Shown here piece after piece: positions 50,748 through 60,625 of a stretch of DNA of 64,000 bases. The stretch comes from Malacoraja senta. Taxonomy: Eukaryota. How positions within the stretch are numbered: position 1 is the first letter of the stretch; the number at the start of each line of letters is the position of its first letter. The notes under the pieces were generated by a model. That model was not told the DNA's origin. It saw nothing but the letters and a program-made list of their open reading frames with translations, and ran no database searches. Made by a program: the position numbers and the translations under genes. The stretch is from the NCBI GenBank assembly GCA_038087875.1, contig CM075988.1, positions 15,626,001 to 15,690,000 of the forward strand. The letters run 5' to 3'.

Positions 50748-51439
50748 TGATCGGCCCATGCTGATAATTTAGCTAACCTCAGGTCAGCCTAGGGAGGTGT
50801 GCAATCAGCCAGAATTAATGCTGATTATTTCTGCTATAGTTTAGTTAAGAAATACAGCATGGAAACAGGTTCAAAATTATTAAATAATGCGATAGAATGC
50901 TTCAAGTACAGAATAAAATGTTTTTAAATATATATATATATATAATCTATATGTTTTTAAATCAGTTTTAAATTCATATGGCTCTCATTGGAAGAAGTGG
51001 TGGTGCTATTTGAGATTACTTTGACCCATTTTTGAACAATGTCGGAAACCAAGGCGAGAATGGAAATGAGAGAGATAATTTAAAGGTTTGGCTCATGCTT
51101 GAGGAGTGAATGGAAATGTCACCGTATCCACTTTTGCCATCACAAGTGCAGAGATCAAAGTCCACCAATCCATTGCGTAATATTGTTTGCAGTTGAGTAA
51201 CTTAGTTTTCCTCTGGAGTAAAGTGCTATAAAGACAATTCCAGAGCAGCTTCCAGTCATTCTGGAAATTTGACCAACAATTAAACAGCCGACTTTCGCGG
51301 TTTATTCCAATCTCTTGCGACTTTCGCGGACTTTCGTGCTTATGACAGCCTAGTGCTTATTCACTAACTCAACAACATTGTTAACTAACTGCAACTTATC
51401 TAATTCAATCCAGAAAACAGAAAGGTGAAAATAATCAAA

Positions 51440-54400
51440 ATGAAGATTCAAATCACAGCTCTGGTTCTTTTGGTTGCAACACTGGCTGGTATGTATATGA
51501 TTCTTAGGGACACATAGGCCTGCAGATGCTGGAATCTTGTGCAAAATACAAACAGCTGGAGGAACTTAGCAGCTCAAGCAACATCTGTAGAGGGAAATAT
51601 ACAGACAATGTTTCAGGTCGGGACACGTCTAGCCCCACTTTTCCCCTCATCTCCTTCTATCAGTTAGCTCCCCTCTACTTCTCCACTCTGAAGGGTCCTG
51701 ACCCAAAACATTGTCTGACCAGTTCCCTCCACAGATGCTGCCTGACTCACTTAGGTCCTCCTGCAGTTTGTTTTTGTATACGACTCGTATATTCCTCAGA
51801 GATAAAGATAACAAATTGCATTATTTCCTCAGGTACTTATTATCTAAAATGAAAAACTTTGAGCACTGGGGAATGAAACTGTGTCCACCTTTTATACCCA
51901 ATTAGCTCGGAACTCTTGTCAATTCTGCATAGCTCAGTTTAGAAATGAGAGTCCCTCCGCACTGCCTTATCAAACTCTCCCACAGCAGTTAAAGCTGAAG
52001 CTTGACTGCACTCCTAGCAAACATTTCCTTTTCCATTAATAACAATTTCAATGAAAAAAAAAATGTTGGGAGTTCCATTAGTTCAATATTATTTACTAAT
52101 AAGAGATTGTTTGCTCCCATCCAAAGTCCCATCTTCATACACTCTGAAATACTATAACTTGGGGATTAATTTGAGTCACTGTCAAATAACGGCATTTTGG
52201 AGCCGGAGCTATTAGTACTCATCCTTATTCTTCCATAACCTGAATTACCTGTCATTGTTAAAATCATCCCTTTTATCATGGTGAGACAATTGGCTAAGAT
52301 AAAATATCGTTTGAATGGAGTTTGGATTTTTGCTGTATCTCCTGACTTAGTTTGTATATTTTCATACTTTGACATGCACAGGCATTATCTTTTTTAGATG
52401 CTCAGTTCTAATCTCTGTATCTTCCATCTCTAATTTACAGCATGTGATGCTGCCCCTGTGGAAGAAACCAGTCCCACACTTGGGCCTATTGATACTATAA
52501 AACAATATGCACAGCAACTGGTTGAGACTGTAAGATATTATCTTGAAGATCTGGGTACCAATCACATTATTCAATTCGGCAGGTAATGACAACATTTTTA
52601 TGATGTTAAAGAAGTTAGTATAAAAGCAGCATCTGATGGCAACTGTGAAGAGAAATCTTCATGTAACTGATTTTATAATTCTGTGGGCGGCGCGACTTTC
52701 GTCTGCAGCGGCCTCTGCAGTCCGTCTGTCTTTTTATTATTTTTGTCTTGTTTTTATGTAGTTTTTTATTATTTTTTTTTGTCGGGGTATGTGTGTGGGG
52801 GGGGGGAGGTGGGGGTGGGGGTGGGGGTGGGGGTGGGGGGGGGGAACTTTGAAATCTTTCCGCTGCACGGGAGACCCGACCTTTTCTTTGTCGGGTCTCC
52901 GTTGTCGTTGGGGCTGGGCAACGTGGAGCGGCCTCCAGCAGGAACGACCTGGGGCTCCAGTTGCGGAGCTGCGGACTACTCACCGTCGCGGGGCTGGCCG
53001 AGTCCGGAGCGGGTGGAGCTGTGGTGGAGACAATCGCTGCTGCTACCCGACCGCCGGAGATTCGGAGGCTACAACCGCGGGTCTGGCGGACGGCAACACC
53101 GTAAGCCCGCGGGTCCCCTGGTGGGAGACCGCTTTTCGGGGCTTCCGCAGCGGCGACTTCTCCCGCCCGAATTGCGGGGTTGAAGAGCACCTGGAGCGGG
53201 GCTTTACATCGTCCCCCCGCGCGGCTTGGAATGGCCACCGGACTTTGCGGGCGCACGCCGGGGCTCTAACACCAAGACCCGGTGCGCAACCTTGCATCAC
53301 CCGGCGTGGCTTTAATGGCTGCGGGACAATCACCATCGCCCGCCGGGGGCTTTGACTTTGACTCTGACATCGGGGGGGGGAGTGCAGTGGAGAGATACGT
53401 GTTTTTGCCTTCCATCACAGCGCTGTGATGGATGTATGTGTAAATTGTGTTGTGTCTCAGGTCTTCTTCGTTTTGTATTGTATGGCTGCAGAAACGACAT
53501 TTCGTTTGGACCTCAAGGGGTCCAAATGACAAATTTGTCCAAAAAGACAAATAAATTGAATTGAAATTGAAATTGAATTGAATAATTCTGTACTGCTCAA
53601 GTAATTAATAGCAGGTTATCTAAAGAGCGAAGCTTTTGTCAGGCGCAAGTTGTGAAAGAACACTCACGATGCGTAGAGAATGTAGAGAAACAAGTTTATT
53701 TATTAGCAAGTCTGCAGAGTTGGGTGTCTCCCCTGTCAAGACACACCGAGGATCGGGATGACTTCCATCTTTATACATTTAATGTGTATCATTGTCACAC
53801 CCTCATCCCTCCCCATTGTGCTTCTTCCAATCATAACATAAAGCCCACATTCCCACGAGAACGTCCTGGAACGTCCACCCGACGTCAAAGACACCTCCCA
53901 TATCATGCATCGCATGTGCATTTAAATGAGACATCTTGTCATAGTGGGTGTGTGTACATATTCATGTAAGTTCATTGCCCATGCGCACTGAGTGTTTCTT
54001 CTGACCTTTACCCTAGTTCTATGCTGGGCTGTTGCTATCTTCTCTGTTCTCATCCTTGAAAAGTCACCATTTGTACTTGTCCTTTACTCCCCTTATTCTC
54101 CGTTCTATACTCCCTACTATACTCCCTACTAGACAATGGGTTCTTGTCTAAATCAACTATACCTATTAACCCATTCCTCACAATCCACACTTTTACTTTT
54201 GCTACTGCAATCTTTGATTTAGACTATCTGCCCCTTCTCTAATGCTAGCAGCAGAATCTTCGCCTCCTTATCTTCCTCTCGCTGGTCATACTGTGTTTTA
54301 AATTCGATAGACAGGGAGGTGAGACCTGCTAGGGCTCTCGACACTGACCCATCAGGAGCAGTGTTGTTGGGGATGAAGGTGCAACATTGTTCCTCAAACA

Positions 54401-57400
54401 TTACACACACCCCTCCCTTCTCAGCCAGTAGCATGTCTAAGGCCATGCGATTTTGCCACGCCATTAGGCTGGTATCTGTTAGTTGTTCCGCTAATCCTTC
54501 AACTGCATCTCGAGTGTAATTTATAAAGCGTTGTTGATTGTAGTATAGGTAGTTGATCCAGTCCACATTTTTATTAAGTGTGGACCACCAGAAGAGTATG
54601 GACTCAAAGCCCGCAGCTATCTGGTTTCTGGCTTTGAATTAATCGGGTACCCCTCTTGGCACCCCTATCGCATCTATATATATATGTGTGTGTCGAATGA
54701 TCCTCTCACCCCTCTCTTCTGTCGTCGGCTTCCTTCATTGAGTTCTACAGCATGTTCTACTGCTATGGTGAAGGGCATCATCAGTTGTGTGAGGGTACAG
54801 GTTCCCGTCCATGACCCTGGTAACCGGGGCCACAGGGTATTCTCCCCGCACCACCACCAGACATCGGCTCTACTGACTATCTGCTTTCTCAGCCAGGAGC
54901 TTTTGAACAGTGGCCCCTGTTCCTCAGCCGTTATGTTATACGTCTGATTGCAGTTCAGCACCTTCCCCATTTCCTGTCCATCTGGGTTATATCTGGTATA
55001 GCACTCAAATCCCTCCTCCCCAAGGGGAGTTCTAAATGGAGGAGGTTGTGGGTCTGTCCTTCGGCCCTTTTTATTGTTGTTGCTAGCCGGGAATAGGTAA
55101 TGATAACTCTGGCAGGTCGCATCCTTTGGTAGGATGGGATTCGTGAATAGCTGTAGTATACATGGCATAGCCCCAGGTGTCCTATCCCAATTCAAGGAAA
55201 ATGGTTCTGGAACCAGCTGAGGCTTAGCTCCGGCACAGGCGTAGCAATTGGTGTGTTGCATACTCCTGGCCGTGTACATCATCCAGGCAAGCCAGGTGTT
55301 GGCTCCCTTTCCTCCTGTAGGTATTCCCTCCTCATATAATTGCCTTAATTCTGTTTCTCCTGCTACTATCATTATCTTCAAATCCTTAGGCTCATTCTCC
55401 CTGTTCTATCTGCACATCCTTTCACTTTCCTGCATTTGAACACTTTGTATGCTTACATAGTTGGGTAACCACCCAACACACGACCCATCAACACGAAATC
55501 TTCATTTTTCCCGCGGGTTCTTGTTAAATATTAAAGTCAATGGTTCCTCTCCTTTGCGCACAGTCCACGGGCTGATATTGTTTGGTGGGGCCTCCACAGG
55601 ACCCTTAAATCGGCTTGCGTGTGTCCACCCTTTTTCTTTTGTTCGTACTGCTGTCTCGGTGATTAGTAACACCAGGTAGGGTCCAGTCCACTTAGGTTGC
55701 AGCTTTTCTTCCTTCCATGATGTTACAAGATCCCAGTCCCCCGCTTTCACAGAATGGATTGGAAGTCGAGATGGGGACTCTGTGCCAGCAGCCCCTTGGT
55801 TCTTAATTCTGTAATAGAACGAGATACTGCCAGTAAATAGTTCCTTAGGAATACATCATTCCCTTGTATTTGTTGGGACCCCTTCTATCGTTCCTAAATA
55901 ATAAAGACCTAACTTGTTCAACCTTTCTCTGTGTCTTAGTTGCTGAAACCCGGTCAACATTCTAATTGATCTCCTCTGTACTCTCTCTATTTTGTTGACA
56001 TCCTTCCTATAATTATACCTACCAAAATTATACACCATACTCCACAATTGACCTCACCAATACCTTGTACAATTTAACATTACAACCCAACTTCTATACA
56101 CAATGCTCTGATTTATAAAGGCCAACACACCAAAATCTTTCTTTACCATCCTATCTTCATGAAATTCCACCTTCAGGGAACCATGCACAGTTATTCCAAG
56201 ATCCCTCTATTCAACTTCATTCCTCAATTCACAATCATTTACCATGTACATTCAATTTTGATTTGTCCTGCCAAGATGTATCATCTCATACTTATCAACA
56301 TTAAACCCATCTGTCATGTTTCAACCCATTCTTCCAAATGACCTAAATCTCTCTGTACACTTTTTAAAATCTACTTCATTATTCACAACACCCCCCATCT
56401 TAGTATCATCTACATACTTATTCATCTATTTTACCACACCAACATCCAGATTATTGATTCACATGACAAACAACAGTGGACCCAACACACATCCCGAGGT
56501 ACCCTTCTAGTCACTTACCTCCAACCTGACAAACATCCATCCACCATTGCTCTCTGACATCTCCCATACAGCCTATTTTTAATCCATCTTGCTATTCCTT
56601 ACTAACCCTTCTTAACCAACCTTATTTCCTTATTGAACCTTGTCAAAGGCCTTACTGAAGTTCATCTAGTCAACATCCATCACTTTACCCTCATCAATTT
56701 CCCTAATAACCTTTTTTAAAAAATTCAAGATTAGTCAAACATCACAATCACAAATCCATGCTAATTCTTCCTAATCCTACCCTATTCTTATATATTGTCT
56801 TAAGTATGCTTTCCATTATTTTGCCCACCACTGATGTCAAACAACGTTCTTGTTCAAACTCTACTCTTTTCTCACATCTCTTGTCCTCCTGTTCACTTAC
56901 CTCAGGGCTATTATCTATTCATACCTGCGGGACAGCCCTCAGGTATTATTGAATTGGTACCAGGTATATCAACCTTCTACCTGAACATCGGTCGGTAGTT
57001 TAGAAAACTCATACATACACCTTGTCTTCAGGTTTAAAGGGTCCTTCCTCCTGGTCCACCTCCAACAGCTTTTACTTTTCCTGTTCATAAATAGACTTGT
57101 ATATTAAACAAATCTTATTTATATTAACCTTCAATGTTCCATTTATTCTTTCCACCATGCCTGTGACTGCAGGTGTTACATACCCAAATGTGTATTTTAC
57201 TCTAAGGGTCTCTATCGCCAACTTAGCTACTCCCTAAATGAAAACAATCCGTTGTCAAAGCTGATTTCTGTAGGTCTACCAAACCTCTTAATTACCTTAT
57301 TCATCATAAACGACACTACAGGGCTTATACCTAATCTAGTCTGAACTATATCCTGCCTTTTCCCGAGGTTATCATACTCTGTCCTACATTCTGAAGTATT

Positions 57401-60273
57401 TTTTTTTTTAAATCTCTCTCTCTCTCTCTTACATCGCTTGTTACTTATGGAACAATATCAACAAATCCTCCTTTAAATCCCTTTCTCTCTTGGGGACCCC
57501 AGTCCTGTTAGGGCTTATATCCAGATTAATTTCACTCCTGATAGGACTTTTTGAGGAAACGTACCCCAAAGACATTCATTATTGGCATGTAATTCTCTGG
57601 CCCTGCTTGGTTCCATCATAGGACTCACTTAGGTCCATTGTTTATTGACAACAATTGCTCCTGCTGGTTTGCAAGTCTTTTTCCTATCTTTGCGATATTT
57701 CTCGACCGCAGAGACCAACTGTTCGCTGAATCTGCTTGACTTTAAGAAGAATGACATCCACCACAGTAGTTCATAATATAATGTTCATCAATCAACTCTC
57801 CACCTTTTCAGCTGGTTTTCCAGATAGGCTGCTGGATTACATTGTCTGAGGGCCTGCCATGCCCTCTGCCTGTTCATAAATATAATGTTCATCAATCAAC
57901 ACTCCACCTTTTCAGCTGGTTTTCCAGATAGGCTATTTGCCTTTCCTTCTGTATCTCCCATTGTTCCTTGGGGTTCCTCTTAAGTGGGTAACATTGTCTG
58001 AGGGTCTGCCATACCCTCTGCCTGACTGTGTCAAACAGTATGCCATTGCTTGTTACATTGTTCGCATCAGTTTATACCATCCATCTTCAGTAGTTCTGTC
58101 ACTTTAGTGGTTCCTATCACTTTTACCAACAGTGCCTTCAAATCTTCCATGATCAATAATCGTCCCACGTTCTCCTCCTCCAAAGCCCTAATCCATTTCC
58201 TCCCCCATCAGGGATATAGGGTGAGGTATTTTTTAGCCCTTTCAGTTTATGGGTGCCCCAAGGGATAATCCGTGTCTGTCCTTCTCTTTTCTCTTTAAAG
58301 CAGTCTCATCACTTTATCCCAATGCTTCCAACTTTAATCCTTTCTGGTATGCCTTCTTTCTAATTCTAAACTCAATTTCTTGCTTCTCAAATATTCTAGC
58401 CTCCTTGCAAAAATCTTCCACTGACTCCTCCTGCTTTACTTTCACGCCTGTCGTTTTTCTACTTCTGTTATCTTCTAACTGCCTCTCTCTCCTTTCTTTC
58501 TAAACTTGAATGTTTACCAATTAACTTATTTCCAATTATTTCAATCCATATTCACCACTATTTTAAATGTCCAATTCCTAGCACTAGTAACAATTTTCCA
58601 AATTATCTTTACTGACTAGAAATCTAAAAGTATCAGAAAAACCAAAAGCTGGTTTCACAACTTCCCCTTCTTACGAGGATACAAACATTAATCGTTATCT
58701 TACAGCTGTTCGGCGCCTTTCACCATGACCTGATTTATTTAAAGGAACATACACCTACCTCCAGTGAACATTTTTGATTTTAATAAAACTTACTTACTTA
58801 CTCTTATACAATAAACAAAATAATTATCACAAATATAAACTTCCTCTTTCATTCCAAACCGGTTTTTACACACAAATCACATTCGTTCCATTCTTACTTC
58901 AATAAATGCAACATCTTTTACATGTATTAAAACTCAATATAACAGAATCAAATCATTTTTGTCTTCCAATTCCCTGGGTATTTCTCTGCCCCCAGAGGCT
59001 CAGCATTCGCCCCAACGGACTATCAGGCAGAATGCTGGGGTCGGGCTTACCGCCCTTCCCCTCCCTTGTGGGCTTTCCGTTTTCATTGCCCATCCTCCCG
59101 ATCGGAATTCCCCCCGATCTATTTTCCCGCCTTTCCTGCCTTGCCCGTACAGACCCCTGAATTCTTCAGGGCGGTATCCACAAGGTCTTATCAATCGCCC
59201 GAGTAGTACTTAATTGTCAGTTTTCTTACCCGGGTCTTGTGCACAAGAATCACTCGATTTGGCTCCTTCGCGAATTTCCCCCGATCTTCCTCCGGATCGG
59301 AACTCCCACTTGTTTCTCTAATCTCTGGTCCTGGATATCACTCGCTCAAACTGCTGACGACAATCTAGGGGTCTGGGACCGTTGAAATCAATGGGGTGCA
59401 CCGTCCCTTCTTCCGTATACTGTCGCCAGCTGGCCGGAGTGGGGATCCCGAGGACGAGCCCCCAAGCTGTCAGGCGCAAGTTGTGAAAGAACACTCACGA
59501 TGCGTAGAGAATGTAGAGAAACAAGTTTATTTATTAGCAAGTCTGCAGAGTTGGGTGTCTCCCCTGTCAAGACACACCGAGGATCGGGATGACTTCCATC
59601 TTTATACATTTAATGTGTATCATTGTCACACCCTCATCCCTCCCCATTGTGCTTCTTCCAATCATAACATAAAGCCCACATTCCCACGAGAACGTCCTGG
59701 AACGTCCACCCGACGTCAAAGACACCTCCCATATCATGCATCGCATGTGCATTTAAATGAGACATCTTGTCATAGTGGGTGTGTGTACATATTCATGTAA
59801 GTTCATTGCCCATGCGCACTGAGTGTTTCTTCTGACCTTTACCCTAGTTCTATGCTGGGCTGTTGCTATCTTCTCTGTTCTCATCCTTGAAAAGTCACCA
59901 TTTGTACTTGTCCTTTACTCCCCTTATTCTCCGTTCTATACTCCCTACTATACTCCCTACTAGACAATGGGTTCTTGTCTAAATCAACTATACCTATTAA
60001 CCCATTCCTCACACTTTGCCTTCAGTTTCTTCAAATACATTCAAGAAGGGTTAGAGATGTAAAGTAAATCTCCCTCTTATGTTCACAACAAATATTCCGA
60101 ACATCACGGATATATCCATACGGTCCCTTGTATATTGCAATAATAATTGACTTTTATTTTTCAGGGACTGGATTTCGACTCTAATAGATAAGTTGCCTGA
60201 ATTAATGCAAGCTAAACGAGAGGAACTATCTCAGGCATTTCAGCAGCTTACTGGACAAGATAGTGAACAATAA
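51440..60273 (+). CDS. Small exchangeable apolipoprotein (apoC-III/apoC-I-like); coding exons 51440-51488, 52441-52582, 60165-60273; 99 aa
   Basis: MKIQITALVLLVATLA|ACDAAPVEETSPTLGPIDTIKQYAQQLVETVRYYLEDLGTNHIIQFG|RDWISTLIDKLPELMQAKREELSQAFQQLTGQDSEQ*. Signal peptide, intron phases 1 and 2 as in apo genes, GT-AG sites with pyrimidine tracts, amphipathic helices, R|xW at the exon 3/4 junction as in apoC-I and apoC-III, and AATAAA at 60319-60324. Confidence 0.82.
52685..53581 (+). mobile_element. GC/CpG-rich non-autonomous non-LTR element with a Rex1-type stem-loop and (ATTGAA)n tail
   Basis: 10-bp TSD ATAATTCTGT at 52675-52684 and 53582-53591; 3' stem-loop TTTGGACCTC..GGGGTCCAAA, AATAAA and a tandem tail; internal (GGGGGT)n tract. 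Confidence 0.75.
53637..54182 (-). repeat. 3' LTR (546 bp)
   Basis: No difference seen by eye from 59468-60013; preceded on the minus strand by the purine-rich AAAAGTAAAAGTGTGGAT (PPT-like). Confidence 0.95.
54219..55440 (-). pseudogene. env: Retroviral env relic (gamma-type TM, HERV-I/P(b)-like)
   Basis: CYAC (CxxC) in SU, furin site RQKR, DAIGVPRGVPD*FKARNQIAAGFESILFWW, immunosuppressive domain QNRMALDMLLAEKGGVC and CX6CC. There is an (AT)n frameshift at ~54675-54685, an in-frame TAA at ~54640, and no membrane anchor. Confidence 0.9.
55502..55900 (-). pseudogene. pol: Integrase C-terminus (GPY/F domain), HERV-I-like
   Basis: VFLRNYLLAVSRSITELRTKGLLAQSP..SVKAGDWDLVTSWKEEKLQPKWTGPYLVLLITETAVRTKEKGWTHASRFK. 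Confidence 0.85.
55901..56840 (-). mobile_element. CR1 RT fragment inside the ERV, in the same sense as the provirus
   Basis: YRKDVNKIERVQRRSIRMLTGFQQLRHRERLNKLGLY and other decayed CR1 RT motifs; no 3' tail or TSD visible. Confidence 0.8.
56930..57300 (-). pseudogene. pol: Second, deleted integrase core and C-terminus (fish ERV1/epsilon-like)
   Basis: KVIKRFGRPTEISFDNG..GMVERINGTLKVNINKIC..GPFKPEDKVYV*VF..PTDVQVEG*YTWY. Confidence 0.7.
59445..59464 (-). other. Primer-binding site, tRNA-Pro-like
   Basis: TGGGGGCTCGTCC-TC-GGGAT, 3 nt inside the 5' LTR; this equals the Pro PBS TGGGGGCTCGTCCGGGAT with a 2-nt insertion. Confidence 0.85.
59468..60013 (-). repeat. 5' LTR (546 bp)
   Basis: Direct repeat of 53637-54182, with TATAAA and AATAAA on the minus strand. 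Confidence 0.95.
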
Positions 60274-60424
60274 AAGTTCATTATTTGTATTCTGTGACAT
60301 TTATGCTTTACTCAAAAAAATAAAAGTCTGAAAATTCCACGGCTTTCTAATTTGTATGGGCGGCAGAGTGGTGTAACAGTTGTAGAAAAAGGTCGTGACT
60401 GTCTACCCTATCCTTGCCTCGCAT

Positions 60425-60625
60425 AATTTTATGTAACTCTATTGGGACCCCCCCCGCAACTCCGGTATTCCAGAGAAAACAATCCAAATCTGTTCAGCCT
60501 CTTCCTGTAGCTCATATCCCTTAATCCGGACATCATTCTGGTATCCTTCTCCAAAGCCTCCACATGCTTCCTGTAATGGGGTGACCAGAACTGCATGCAA
60601 TACTCCAATTGCAGCCAAACCAAAT
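60425..60625 (-). mobile_element. CR1 fragment
   Basis: LQLEYCMQFWSPHYRKHVEALE..RLNRFGLFSLE. Confidence 0.8.

Larger units (their letters stand above)
53637..60013 (-). mobile_element. Class I endogenous retrovirus, defective, antisense in intron 3 of the small apolipoprotein gene
   Basis: TG...CA LTRs at both ends, 4-bp TSD CTTT (53633-53636 and 60014-60017), tRNA-Pro-like PBS, and integrase and env relics. Confidence 0.95.

Noticed and set aside
52615..53355. Overlapping 166-213 aa ORFs with poly-Pro, GV or GW runs
   Set aside because: Stop-poor GC-rich repeat and G-tract; ORFs appear in several frames with no domain.
53652..53969. Duplicated ORFs at 53652 and 59396
   Set aside because: Incidental frames duplicated because they lie in the LTRs.
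54219..55381. Domesticated env (syncytin- or suppressyn-like) gene
   Set aside because: Frameshift, internal stop, no clear signal peptide or anchor, and located in a very recent provirus; no sign of domestication.
57771..58024. Interleaved direct repeats resembling a repeat-spacer array
   Set aside because: Only two copies of each block, consistent with an internal duplication in the decayed gag region. The DNA is eukaryotic and this is not CRISPR.
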